From positions 40,271 through 104,270 of the forward strand of contig CAVQCA010000157.1 of assembly GCA_963710815.1 (NCBI GenBank): a stretch of DNA of 64,000 nucleotides, in the 5' to 3' direction. This stretch comes from an uncultured Gammaproteobacteria bacterium. GTDB taxonomy: Bacteria > Pseudomonadota > Gammaproteobacteria > UBA9214. How positions within the stretch are numbered: the first letter of the stretch is position 1; every line of letters begins with the position of its first letter. Both the position numbers and the translations under genes were made by a program. The notes beneath the pieces were generated by a model, which saw only the letters and a program-made list of their open reading frames with translations, had not been told where the DNA came from and did not search any database. This document shows, piece by piece, positions 11,419-21,337 of the stretch.

Positions 11419-11806
11419 ATTACGCTAATGTTACGGCTTTATTAGGAGGTAGCATACGAGGGTGGGATCGACGGGGAAAGATCCCTGTGTTGCAGAGAAA
11501 TTTCCTTTATTAATGAAGACACTCGGATCGGAGGCCCTGCACCCGTCGACAGCCGCCGGCGCCGGATATGGCCCCGCCTTGAAAACGGGCGCTCGGGCAC
11601 TCAGCGAAGTCCGCCGCGAACAGGACCAGGGCGACCGGGGACAGTGAACCGGCTCACGACACGTGTCCGGCCCGGCTGGCACAGGCGGATGCATGAGTAG
11701 ATTCCCACCTCATTGCAGGAGACAGACCGCGTTTCCTGGTCTACTCATTCCCACCCGTACATCCTGTATCGACAGTGGCCTGCTTGATGACGAAACGTGT
11801 CCCCAA

Positions 11807-12403
11807 TTATTTTAGGGAGTGAGTGAGTTGTGTCCATGCCGTATGCAGGTCGGCGGGGATGTCCTTCAGCCTGGGACGACGGATTCTGCCACGCAGGTCC
11901 TTCACCTGCAGCACATTGGACGGCTTGTCCTTGGGAAATACGGCATTGTCGATGAACAGGTGCAGCCCCCTGACCGGAATTCCGGGGACAATTACCCTGA
12001 CGGCGCCGATTTGCCTCAAGAGACCGGCATCGGGGTTGGGAAATTTGTAACTGCGGCCGTTGATGACCTGGGTCCATTCATCGGTCCGCGTGCTTCCGAA
12101 GATCAGTCCGTCATAGCGTTTGACGCCGATCACCAGGACCGCCCCGGCGGCGAGCGCCAGGAAATCGATGCTGGTTTCACCGCCCATTCCGTCCGGCAGA
12201 TGTACATTGCGCAGCATACGGGCGCCAAGCCGTTTTGCCGCTCGCCTGATCTGTCGGCTCTCCCGCCAGTAGCGCAGGGAATCACGGAACAGGTACAACA
12301 GAATCAGCAGTACCGCCAGGATAATTATCCCGGCCAGCCGCTGCTGTTCACCTGTGGTGAGGCTCTCTATCCAGGTCGGGAACGCATCCGTCATGGCCGG
12401 CAC
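11807..12403 (-). CDS. NERD (nuclease-related domain) protein with an N-terminal transmembrane helix
   Basis: TM segment GIIILAVLLILLYLF followed by a NERD-like core (…NVHLPDGMGGETSIDFLALAAGAVLVIGVKRYDGLIFGSTRTDEWTQ…). Confidence 0.55.
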   Translation of the reverse strand: MPAMTDAFPTWIESLTTGEQQRLAGIIILAVLLILLYLFRDSLRYWRESRQIRRAAKRLGARMLRNVHLPDGMGGETSIDFLALAAGAVLVIGVKRYDGLIFGSTRTDEWTQVINGRSYKFPNPDAGLLRQIGAVRVIVPGIPVRGLHLFIDNAVFPKDKPSNVLQVKDLRGRIRRPRLKDIPADLHTAWTQLTHSLK

Positions 12404-12480
12404 AGAGCTCGGGATCTACGCGGCGCCGGGTCCATAGATAATCAGGCGTTTCCGGAGAATACGCTCCCCTCCGGGTCGCT

Positions 12481-13389
12481 TTATCCGTCGACGCCGTGTT
12501 CGATCCATTTGCGGATGCGATTGGAGTCGCCGAACGGCGTCAGCTTCCCATAGGCATTGAGCAGTACGATCACCAGCGACCGGTCGGCGATCTCCGTCTG
12601 CATCGCCAGACAACGGCCGGCCTCGTTGAGGTAGCCGGTCTTGCTCACCTGAATCGTCCAGGCGTTATTTCCCAGCAGGCGGTTGGTATTGACATACTGC
12701 AGCGGCCCACGCCCCTTGTAGGGATAGACGCTGAGTGAGCGTGTGGTGGTCGCCTTGCGGATCAGCGGATACCCCAGGCTGGCGCGCACCATCTTTTCCA
12801 CGTCACGGGCCGAGGCGACATTGCCGGGATTCAGGCCGGCGGGGTCGATGAAACGGCTGGTTTGCATGCCGAGCGAGCCTGCCTTCCGGTTCATGGCCCG
12901 TACGAATGCCGCCCTGCCCCCGGGCCAGGTGCGGGCAAGCGCATTGGCGGCACGGTTTTCAGAAGCCATCAGAGCCAGCCGCAGCAACCGCTCCCGGGAC
13001 AGTGTGGCCCCGTATTGAAGACGCGAGCCCGTGAGCTGAATGAGGTCGCGGTCTTCCCTGGTGATCGTGATCCGCTCCTGCAGCGGCAGGGAGCCATCCA
13101 GAATCACCATGGCGGTCATGAGCTTGGTGATCGATGCAATGGGTTGGGGTTCGTCTGCGTGTTTGGCGTAGACCTCGTTGCCATTCCGGTCCACAACCAG
13201 CGCGGCGGCCGATTGGAGTTTGAGGTTTCGCGGATTCAGCAGCCGCCATACGCCGGCTGTCCCGGAGCTTTCGGGCTGGGCACGGGCAGATGGCGCCAGA
13301 CTGGAAACCCGCAGAGGCTGCTCTTGCGCGATGGTCGTTACTGCCGGGAAAGCGGCGCATAGACAACAGAACAGCAGGAGGTTTTTCAT
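12481..13389 (-). CDS. pbpG: D-alanyl-D-alanine endopeptidase (PBP7, class-C low-molecular-weight PBP)
   Basis: Signal peptide plus the SITK active-site motif (…PIASITKLMTAMV…) and the SEN and KTG (…VSKTGY…) motifs; about 300 aa. Confidence 0.85.
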   Translation of the reverse strand: MKNLLLFCCLCAAFPAVTTIAQEQPLRVSSLAPSARAQPESSGTAGVWRLLNPRNLKLQSAAALVVDRNGNEVYAKHADEPQPIASITKLMTAMVILDGSLPLQERITITREDRDLIQLTGSRLQYGATLSRERLLRLALMASENRAANALARTWPGGRAAFVRAMNRKAGSLGMQTSRFIDPAGLNPGNVASARDVEKMVRASLGYPLIRKATTTRSLSVYPYKGRGPLQYVNTNRLLGNNAWTIQVSKTGYLNEAGRCLAMQTEIADRSLVIVLLNAYGKLTPFGDSNRIRKWIEHGVDG

Positions 13390-13879
13390 CGTTAAGGCAC
13401 CGATAGTCACTCAAGCCGGGAACCCTGGTCGAGTCAGGCCCAGTCCCCCAACCGCAACCGGACTCCCGCCGGCTCGCCATATCCTGCCGGAACCGGCATG
13501 GTCCGGCAACATTTATGACGGCAGCCATACCAAATCTCTTGAACAGCAACAAGCAGCACAAACTTTTTGTTATCGAACACCCCTAACAAACATACGGAAA
13601 GCGATACCGGCGCGGGCAGGATCGGGGCACGGTAAACCGTGCTCATGCGGATCCTCTCATGACGGCCATGGAGCGGAACACCACTATCCTGCCGGATGCT
13701 ACAGGAGTAATGTTTACCGGGCCGGTCGTCGCCGTAGCCGTACGGGCCGTGCAGCGGGCACGGGAGAATTCGTATGGCGCGAATTCAGACAGGGAAGGTC
13801 GCCGGCAGCCGGAACAGTTACCTTTCGACATATTCGGAAAACACGTCCCCCTTTACCGCTCGGGCAGAACAATGAATTC

Positions 13880-14617
13880 ATGAACGCCGTATTCATGTCG
13901 CTTGCGACATTCCTTTCCACCCTGACAGGCGGGCTCTTCGCGTTCAAGTTTCGCGACCGGCTGCACTTCATCCTGAGCTTCACCGCCGGCGTGCTTCTTG
14001 GCGTAGTGAGCTTCGATATCCTCCCCGAGATCTTCGGCCTGGCCAGCGAACACGGCGCTGATCCCACCGGTGCGATGGTCGCGCTGGTGTTCGGATTTCT
14101 CCTGTTTCACAGCCTCGAGAAATTCGTTCTGGTGCACCACGTCCACGAGGAAGAATACGCGGAGCATCATCACCCGCGGGTGGGCATGCTCTCCGCCTTT
14201 GCCCTGATCGGACACAGCTTCATGGACGGCGTGGGAATCGGCCTCGCATTCCAGGTGTCGCAGGCGACCGGGATCGTCGTGGCGATCGCCGTGATCGCGC
14301 ACGACTTCTGTGACGGTCTCAATACGGTCAGCCTGATGCTCGTTCATCACAACACGACGCTCCGCTCGTTTGCGATGCTCCTGATGGATGCAATGGCCCC
14401 GGTCCTGGGCGCAGCCTCCACGCTGCTGTTCCGGCTGCCCCCCGACTCGCTGATACTCTACCTGGGTTTCTTCGCCGGATTTCTCCTCTACATCGGGGCG
14501 TCCGATATCCTGCCCGAGGCGCATTCCCAGAACCGCCCGGCCATCACCGGCAGCCTCATACTCTTCACCTGTCTGGGCGCGGCATTCATTTTTGCTGCGG
14601 TACACCTGGCCAGGTAG
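13880..14617 (+). CDS. ZIP-family divalent metal transporter (ZupT-like)
   Basis: Polytopic protein with a His-rich loop (HHVHEEEYAEHHH) and the ZIP signature helices (…GHSFMDGVGIG…, …HDFCDGL…). The real start is an internal ATG within longer listed ORF 13178..14617. Confidence 0.8.
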   Translation: MNAVFMSLATFLSTLTGGLFAFKFRDRLHFILSFTAGVLLGVVSFDILPEIFGLASEHGADPTGAMVALVFGFLLFHSLEKFVLVHHVHEEEYAEHHHPRVGMLSAFALIGHSFMDGVGIGLAFQVSQATGIVVAIAVIAHDFCDGLNTVSLMLVHHNTTLRSFAMLLMDAMAPVLGAASTLLFRLPPDSLILYLGFFAGFLLYIGASDILPEAHSQNRPAITGSLILFTCLGAAFIFAAVHLAR

Positions 14618-14694
14618 CCCAGAACAGGATGTAATTACTGCACCCGTTGTGGTAAAAAACGGTTTCCAGTCCTCTCAAGAACTGCGCCTGCTTC

Positions 14695-15213
14695 ATGATC
14701 GTCCTGTTTAACAAACCCTTTTCGGGTGCTGTCGCAGTTTACGACCCAGGGCGACAAGGCCGTGCTGGCCGACTATATCGATATCCCCGGGGTGTATTGC
14801 ACCGGACGGCTGGATTATGACAGCGAGGGACTGCTGGCCCTGATGGATACCGGCAGGCTGCAGCAACGCACCGCCAGCCCGAAATACGGCAAGAAAAAGG
14901 GGTACTGGGTACAGATCGAGGGCGTACCCGGGGAGCCCAACCTGAACAAGCTGCGCAAGGGTCGTTTGCTGAAGGACGGAGTAACCCGTCCCGCCAGGGT
15001 GGAAGTCATTGCCCCGCCCCCGTCTGGGCGCGTTTTCCGCCAATACGTGAACGCATAGACATCCCTACCTGCTGGCTGAATTTGACCATCACCGAGGGAC
15101 GCAACCGGCAGATGCGCCGCATAACGGCACATATAGGCTATCCCACTCTACGTCTGATACGTTACCGGGTAGATGGATGGTCGCCGGAGGGCTTCCCCTC
15201 CGGCGCCTGTTGA
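14695..15213 (+). CDS. rluE: 23S rRNA pseudouridine synthase RluE-like; two frameshifts (near 14720 and in the C-run 15012-15021)
   Basis: Reconstructed protein MIVLFNKPF|[69 protein letters not shown]…[11 protein letters not shown]|[54 protein letters not shown]…* is collinear with E. coli RluE. The middle segment is listed ORF 14726..15058. Confidence 0.75.
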
Positions 15214-15402
15214 ATCCTGGGGCCCGCGACCTGGAAAAATCCTTCGGAAAAATAGCGTTCGAGTGGTTCAATTTTCCCCTGTCTTACAAGGAAAATCCAA
15301 TCATCGGACACACTTGCGGAAACTGCGGGTTTTCTTTATTTTTCAAAATGTTCCAGAAGTCGAGAGCAACGGCTAATGTCATCCAGCCTTAAAGCCCCGA
15401 GA

Positions 15403-15570
15403 CTAGGAGCCTGTCGGACTTGGGTGATCGTAGCGAGCATGGTGGGAGAACGAGCACAGAGTTTCACGATATCGAGGCGCATAGTGGTTCTATGCAACGA
15501 AATATCGGGGGACTATGGGCCGTTCTCCCACCAGCGCAGTAGATCAATCCTAAGTCCGACAGGCTCCTAG
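15403..15570. mobile_element. MITE-like 168-bp element, copy 1 (about 28-bp imperfect terminal inverted repeats, CTAG at both ends)
   Basis: CTAGGAGCCTGTCGGACTTGGGTGATCG…CGATCAATCCTAAGTCCGACAGGCTCCTAG. The same element in reverse orientation lies at 30040-30207 and a diverged copy at 41526-41685. Confidence 0.8.
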
Positions 15571-15644
15571 ACTGACTCTTGGGATATTATTCTGCCAATA
15601 CCCGCGGTGACCGGGGAGGCAACGCGGCATTCAAGGAGTCGGTG

Positions 15645-16580
15645 ATGGCACTCTCATGGAAAGACAGCATCTATATGCAGCGCGAGCTGCTGGCTCAAAT
15701 CCTGCGTGAGCCGCTGGCACAGCTGGCGGAGAAATGTGCACCGGTCTGGGTGGATCTGGTAAAGCTGAATGCGGTTCTGATGGAAGGATTTCCCGATATC
15801 CCTCATTGCGCCATCCTCTATGCCCTCGGTACGGACGCGATACAGGTCAGCGACAACGTAGGCTCTTCCGGGCGGATCTCTGGACATTACGGACGCGACC
15901 GTTCCGAGCGCCCCTACATGAAAGAGGCAATTCCCCCCTGGGGCTACCTGCTCTCGGATGCCTACATCAGTCTGTCCAACCAGCGGCCTTCGCTCACCGC
16001 ACTGCAGATCGTGCATTCGAACACCGGAACACTGGGCTACCTCGGTGCGGATTTCGATCTGCGCAGCCTGCCAGTGACCTCGGAACTCTACGAGGAACCG
16101 GGTTACTGGCGGCAAGTGAAGGGGGATCCGGCCATCCGGGGCGGGCTGTTCCAGCAGACCCGGGTCGAAAGCCCGATGGATGGCAACATCGGGAATGCCC
16201 TGTCCATCCTGGAGGAACTGCTGACGCAACGCGGCATCTTCCAGTGCCAGATCCACTTCTCCAGCAGCCAGGCAACGATCTGGGTGGTGGACGATCCGTT
16301 TCGCTACCGCATCCTCGATCACGAGGCATTGACGGACCCGGATATCTGCCTGGTCTACCCCTTGCAGCCCTACCCGGAAAAAGCGCTGATTCCGCAGGAA
16401 GACATCGGCCTTATCCTGGACACCATGCGCGCGCTGCGCCTGACCGACAAGACCATCTATCTGCGCATGGCCTCGATCAATCTCTTCAATGGCATGGTCA
16501 GTCTGACCTTCTCATGCGATGGTTCACACTACATGCCTTACATGGAATTTCTGCTGAAAGACACGACTTTCTGGTTCTGA
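15645..16580 (+). CDS. hypothetical cytoplasmic protein, possibly with a PAS/Cache-like sensory fold
   Basis: 311-aa ORF with good coding character and an AAGGAG RBS 6 nt upstream of ATG 15645. I recognise no confident family. Confidence 0.5.
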   Translation: MALSWKDSIYMQRELLAQILREPLAQLAEKCAPVWVDLVKLNAVLMEGFPDIPHCAILYALGTDAIQVSDNVGSSGRISGHYGRDRSERPYMKEAIPPWGYLLSDAYISLSNQRPSLTALQIVHSNTGTLGYLGADFDLRSLPVTSELYEEPGYWRQVKGDPAIRGGLFQQTRVESPMDGNIGNALSILEELLTQRGIFQCQIHFSSSQATIWVVDDPFRYRILDHEALTDPDICLVYPLQPYPEKALIPQEDIGLILDTMRALRLTDKTIYLRMASINLFNGMVSLTFSCDGSHYMPYMEFLLKDTTFWF

Positions 16581-16608
16581 ACGGCACCCTGGTACGATTC
16601 GCGCAGGC

Positions 16609-18606
16609 TCACTTCCAGTCGCCGCGCAGCGCGGCCACGCGTTCCTGCAGACCGGCGGCGCTGACCGCGGCGGGCGGCACCGGCGTGCCAAGCGCCAGGG
16701 CGATTTTGTAAAACAGCGGTCGTGGCAGCTTGCCCTTCATCGCCGCCCCGCCCTTGCGGCTGAAGAAGCTCCCCCACAGTCCGCGCAGCGCCATGGGGAT
16801 AACGGGAACGGGATTGCGCCGGATGATCTTCACGATGCCCGGGCGAAAGGTTCTCAGTTCACCGTCGGTGGTGAGCCCGCCTTCCGGGAAGATGCAAACC
16901 ACCTCGCCCTCGTCGAGATAGCGCGAGATACGTTCATAGGCGCGAGCCAGCAGCTCCGGATCTTCCCTGGCCGGGGCAATAGGAATGGCCCCGGCGGTAC
17001 GGAAGACAAAGTTCAGCACCGGCACCTTGTAAATCCGGTGATCGATCACGAAACGCACCGGCCGCCGGATGCAGCCGGCAATCACCAGCGCGTCGACAAA
17101 GCTCACATGATTGCAGGCCAGCACCACGGGGCCCGTCTCCGGAATGTGCCCGAGCCCTTCCTTGCGGATGCGGTAGATGGTGTGGATCAGCAACCAGACG
17201 ATGAACCGCATCAGGAATTCCGGGACCAGCCAGAAGATATACAGGGCGACCACGGCGTTCATCAGCGCGATCACCAGGAACAGTTGCGGGATGCTGAGGC
17301 CCGCATTCAGGAGAAGGATGGCCATGACCGCGGAGACCACCATGAACAGGGCATTGAGGATGTTGTTGGCAGCGATGACGCGCGAGCGGTGGCTGGGTTC
17401 GCTGCGCTGCTGTACCAGTGCATACAGGGGCACAATATAGAAACCGCCGAACAGGCCCAGCAGGAGAATATCGAACAGCACGCGCCCGTGGCCCGATGAC
17501 CGCAGAAAGCCGGCGGCATCCAGCGCGACACCGGCCGCAGGGCCGCCCGGGATAGCCAGGAACAGATCGAGGCCGAAAACGGTGAGACCGATCGAGCCGA
17601 AGGGGACGAGTCCCAGTTCCACCTGGCGACCCGACAGGCGCTCGCACAGCAGCGACCCGGTGCCGATGCCCAGGGAGAAGAGCGTCAACAGCAGCGTCAC
17701 GACCTGTTCATTGCCTCCCAGGGTCACTCTGGTGAAGTTCGGCAACTGGGCGAGGTAGGTCGCCCCAAGCATCCAGAACCAGGAGATACCGAGGATGGAC
17801 AGGAACACGGTGCGGTGACTGCGGGCGAAGTTGATGTTGCGCCAGGTTTCCGTGAACGGGTTCCAGTTGATTCGCAGATCGGGCGCCAGCGCGGCCGCGG
17901 TCGGGATGCCCAGGCTACTGAGCCAGCCCAGGCAGGCAAGCGTGATGATCGTGACGGACACCAGGCTGGTGCCATTGACGGGTATGCCGATCAGCACGCC
18001 GCCGGTGAGGGTGCCCAGCAGGATCGCCAGGAAGGTCCCCATCTCCACCAGACCGTTGCCGCCGACCAGTTCCTCTTCCCTGAGATGCTGCGGCAGGATG
18101 CCGTACTTCACCGGCCCGAACAGCGACGACTGCGTGCCCATCAGGAACAGCAACCCGATCAGCACCGGGATGCAGCCGAAATGGAAAGCCACCACGGCAC
18201 CGCTCATAATGGCGATCTCCAGCACTTTCACCCAGCGGATGAACCGGGATTTCTCATACTTGTCCGCCAGCTGTCCGGCCGTGGCGGAAAACAGGAAAAA
18301 CGGCAGAATGAACAGGCCGGCGCTCAGGTTGATGAGCGTATTGGATTCCCCCATACCCTGGCCCGCGGCCTGAAAGGCGATGAGGATGATCAGTGCGTTC
18401 TTGTAGACGTTATCGTTGAATGCGCCGAAGAACTGGGTCAGAAAGAACGGAGCAAAACGCCGCTGCTTCAGCAGCGAGAACTGGCTGCCTGTCGCGATCG
18501 CCGGGCGTTCCGATGCCGGCGCGGTCGGGCTTGTCCCCTCGCCAGGCTGCTGAACGCTGGCCATCCTGGCGTCCGGGTATGTCGCATTGCCGTCCGTTTC
18601 ACTCAC
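16609..18606 (-). CDS. fused MFS transporter / 1-acyl-sn-glycerol-3-phosphate acyltransferase-like protein (LplT-Aas-type lysophospholipid transporter-acyltransferase fusion)
   Basis: N-terminal roughly 12-TM MFS domain followed by a PlsC-type acyltransferase domain (…ACNHVSFVDALV…, …FPEGG…). Confidence 0.75.
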   Translation of the reverse strand: MSETDGNATYPDARMASVQQPGEGTSPTAPASERPAIATGSQFSLLKQRRFAPFFLTQFFGAFNDNVYKNALIILIAFQAAGQGMGESNTLINLSAGLFILPFFLFSATAGQLADKYEKSRFIRWVKVLEIAIMSGAVVAFHFGCIPVLIGLLFLMGTQSSLFGPVKYGILPQHLREEELVGGNGLVEMGTFLAILLGTLTGGVLIGIPVNGTSLVSVTIITLACLGWLSSLGIPTAAALAPDLRINWNPFTETWRNINFARSHRTVFLSILGISWFWMLGATYLAQLPNFTRVTLGGNEQVVTLLLTLFSLGIGTGSLLCERLSGRQVELGLVPFGSIGLTVFGLDLFLAIPGGPAAGVALDAAGFLRSSGHGRVLFDILLLGLFGGFYIVPLYALVQQRSEPSHRSRVIAANNILNALFMVVSAVMAILLLNAGLSIPQLFLVIALMNAVVALYIFWLVPEFLMRFIVWLLIHTIYRIRKEGLGHIPETGPVVLACNHVSFVDALVIAGCIRRPVRFVIDHRIYKVPVLNFVFRTAGAIPIAPAREDPELLARAYERISRYLDEGEVVCIFPEGGLTTDGELRTFRPGIVKIIRRNPVPVIPMALRGLWGSFFSRKGGAAMKGKLPRPLFYKIALALGTPVPPAAVSAAGLQERVAALRGDWK

Positions 18607-18613
18607 GCGGCGC

Positions 18614-18796
18614 TCATTTGCCGCGCTTGTCCGGCACCCGTGGGCGCGTGGTCCCGGCGGGACGGTTCTTCGCGGGATCGCTGAAGGTAAAGCGGCCGAA
18701 CAGCACGCAGCCCTTCATCCCGGGATCACAGGGGCGATCGAGCACGCGCTGGCAGCGGCCGTTAACCTCGTGTGGACAACCCCAGCCACCGCTCAT
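18614..18796 (-). CDS. small Cys-rich hypothetical protein, co-oriented 8 nt upstream of the MFS-acyltransferase gene
   Basis: 60-aa ORF (…WGCPHEVNGRCQRVLDRPCDPGMKGCVLFG…) with four or more Cys, a possible metal-binding ribbon. Existence is uncertain. Confidence 0.3.
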   Translation of the reverse strand: MSGGWGCPHEVNGRCQRVLDRPCDPGMKGCVLFGRFTFSDPAKNRPAGTTRPRVPDKRGK

Positions 18797-18844
18797 TGCC
18801 TGTACCTCCGTCAGTCCTCGATGAAGTAGCTATTGTTGTGTTGA

Positions 18845-19083
18845 TCCATAAACACCGTTTTCACCGCAAAGACGCAAAGGACGCAGAGAAATTCTTTAAT
18901 GAAAACAAATCAAGGAAGCTCTGATGTGTCGTCATACAGGACGCGTGTTCCATCATCCAGATGCATGATTTTCTGGATTCCGGCATTCGCCGGAATGACA
19001 GTAAAATAGAAGTTAATCAGAGGTTACTTAAACTCTGCGTTCTTTGCGTCTCTGCGGTGATTAATTTCCTTATGGATGGACGC
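18845..19083. repeat. CGCAAAG-octad palindromic repeat, copy A, with a roughly 115-bp insert in the loop
   Basis: Left arm TCACCGCAAAGACGCAAAGGACGCAGAGAAA (18862-) and right arm CTCTGCGTTCTTTGCGTCTCTGCGGTGA (19034-19060). Outer ends CCATAAACACC / CCTTATGGATGGACGC match copies C and E. Confidence 0.75.
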
Positions 19084-19204
19084 TGCTATTGTAGGTGCGG
19101 GATCGTCTACAGGGAAGCAGGGAGCCCGCAGCTGCATTCAGATGCAGGGGATGGCTGCGCACCCAGCGGCATCGTCCGCCGTAGAGGCAACGGCATCCGC
19201 CCGA

Positions 19205-21124
19205 TCAGCGGGGTTCGACATCCCCCTGCCGCGCCTCCAGCTGCTCGCAGGCCACAAGCCACTCCCCCTCCAGGACTGCGCTCCGACGGTTCAGCTCCGC
19301 CTTCTCCCGCAGCAGGTCGTTCAGTTCGGCCTTGTTCACCGGAAGGTAGATCTCGGGCTCGGCGAGGCGCTGCTCGAGTTCGTGCTGGCGGGCGTGCACC
19401 CCGGCAAGCGCGGCTTCCGCCTTCGAGATTTTCTCGTGCAGCGGTTGCAATTGCCGGCGCTGATCGGCCTCCTGACGCTTTTTCTCCTTGCGCTGGGCTG
19501 CGCCGCCCGGGCCTTCGGCGTTCCCGGACGCATACCGGCTCTGCCGGTTCCGCGCGGTCAGCCACTGCGGGTAAACATCCAGATCGTCGGGGAATTCCTC
19601 CACCCGCCCGGCGTGCACCAGCACCAGCCGGTCACTGGTGACACGCAGCAGATGTCGGTCATGCGAGACCAGCACCATGGCGCCGGCGAAATCCTGCAGG
19701 GCCGTGGCCAGCGCCTGACGCATTTCCAGGTCCAGGTGGTTGGTGGGCTCATCGAGCAGTAGCAGGTTGGGCCGCTGATAGACCAGCAGCGCCAGCACCA
19801 GGCGTGATTTCTCCCCACCGGAAAACGGGCCGGTCGGCGCCAGCGCCTGGTCGGCGGGAAAGCCGAAGCCGCCGAGATAATCGCGTAGTTCCTGCTCGCG
19901 CGCCTTCGGGTCGAGCCGCAGCAGGTGCTGCAGTGGAGAGGCCTGCGCATCAAGCTGCTCGATCTGGTGCTGGGCGAAATAACCGACCCGCAGGTCCTGC
20001 GCCGGCTCGCGTCGGCCCTGCCGTGGAGCGAGTTCACCGGCCAGCAGCTTGATCAGCGTGGATTTGCCGGCGCCGTTGGGACCGAGCAGGCCGATGCGCT
20101 CGCCCGGCGAGAGGCTGAGTTCGACTCCACCGATGACCGTCGCCTCACCGTAGCCTGCAGCCACCGCGCGCAGACGCAGCAGCGGATCCGGCAGCTTTTC
20201 CGGCGCTCGCAGGCTGAACTGGAACGGCGAGTCCACATGCGCCGGGGCGATCAGTTCCATGCGCTGCAGGGCCTTCAGACGGCTCTGGGCCTGACGCGCC
20301 TTGGTGGCCTTGGCGCGGAAGCGTTCGACGAAGGAATGCATGTGCGCGATCTCGCGCTGCTGCTTCTCGAATTGCGCCTGCTGGCCGGCCAGGTATGCCG
20401 CGCGTCGGCGTTCGAACGCCGAATAATTGCCATTGTAGAGTGTAAGCCGCTGGCGTTCGATGTGGGCGATATGACTGGCCACACTGTCGAGAAAATCCCG
20501 GTCGTGCGAGATCAGCAGCAGCGTGCCAGCATAGGCGCGCAGCCAGTTTTCCAGCCAGATCACCGCATCCAGATCCAGGTGGTTGGTGGGTTCGTCGAGC
20601 AGCAGCAGGTCCGAACGGCACATGAGAGCCCGCGCCAGGTTCAGCCGCATGCGCCAGCCGCCCGAGTAATCGCCCACCGGCCGGTCTTCATCGATAGAGC
20701 TGAATCCCAGACCGTGCAGCAGCTGCGCGGCGCGGCTGCGGGCCGTGTAGCCGCCGATCACCTCGTAGTGCGCGTGCAGCGTGCCGATCTGTTCGCCATC
20801 GTGCCGGGCTTCCGCTTCGGCGAGCGAGGCCTCGACCGCGCGCAACCCTTCGTCCCCGTCGAGCACGTACTCGATGGCCGCGCGCGGCTCGGCCGGCGTT
20901 TCCTGCGCCACATGGGCGATCACCCAGTCGGCCGGATGCCGGCACGCGCCGCCATCGGCATGCAGTTCATCGCGGATCAGGGCAAACAGGCTCGACTTGC
21001 CGGTGCCGTTTGCTCCAGTCACGCCGACCTTCCAGCCGGGGTGGATCTGCAGGGTGGCGTTCTCAATAAGCAGACGCGTCCCGCGCCTCAGGGTGAGATT
21101 ATCGAATTGCAGCATGGGCACCAT
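19205..21124 (-). CDS. yheS: ABC-F family ATPase YheS
   Basis: Collinear with E. coli YheS along its whole length (two ABC domains, QLLHGLGFS, RFRAKATKARQAQSRLKALQRMELIAPAHVDSPFQF, C-terminal coiled coil). Start placed at MVPMLQFDNLTLRRG. Confidence 0.85.
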   Translation of the reverse strand: MVPMLQFDNLTLRRGTRLLIENATLQIHPGWKVGVTGANGTGKSSLFALIRDELHADGGACRHPADWVIAHVAQETPAEPRAAIEYVLDGDEGLRAVEASLAEAEARHDGEQIGTLHAHYEVIGGYTARSRAAQLLHGLGFSSIDEDRPVGDYSGGWRMRLNLARALMCRSDLLLLDEPTNHLDLDAVIWLENWLRAYAGTLLLISHDRDFLDSVASHIAHIERQRLTLYNGNYSAFERRRAAYLAGQQAQFEKQQREIAHMHSFVERFRAKATKARQAQSRLKALQRMELIAPAHVDSPFQFSLRAPEKLPDPLLRLRAVAAGYGEATVIGGVELSLSPGERIGLLGPNGAGKSTLIKLLAGELAPRQGRREPAQDLRVGYFAQHQIEQLDAQASPLQHLLRLDPKAREQELRDYLGGFGFPADQALAPTGPFSGGEKSRLVLALLVYQRPNLLLLDEPTNHLDLEMRQALATALQDFAGAMVLVSHDRHLLRVTSDRLVLVHAGRVEEFPDDLDVYPQWLTARNRQSRYASGNAEGPGGAAQRKEKKRQEADQRRQLQPLHEKISKAEAALAGVHARQHELEQRLAEPEIYLPVNKAELNDLLREKAELNRRSAVLEGEWLVACEQLEARQGDVEPR

Positions 21125-21337
21125 TGTAGCGTCCCGGACGACAAATGGCTGGCTGCATGGAATGCAGCCGGTCATAAACTCATGGCCGGCTAATATTTCA
21201 CTAACGTTCGATTTCTAGTATGGTACCCGCAACACTGGCAGCCTCACGGAGGATCGACCTATGCACGAATGACAGATAACGGCGACATAGTCTTCCTGTT
21301 AACGGATTCCCCACGAACCTGAACAGAGGTATGCCTA

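Noticed and set aside
11431-12077. Overlapping ORFs 11431..11694, 11745..12077, 11819..12553 and 11823..12050 around the NERD gene
   Set aside because: Alternative-frame or antisense ORFs with Arg/Gly/Pro-rich low-complexity products typical of GC-rich DNA; the NERD frame is the only one with domain-like sequence.
15376-15570. ORF 15376..15570 (+) and the N-terminal part of ORF 41393..41752 (-), which share the peptide ISRRIVVLCNEISG
   Set aside because: Both are encoded entirely by MITE-like repeat copies; the shared peptide only reflects repeat identity.
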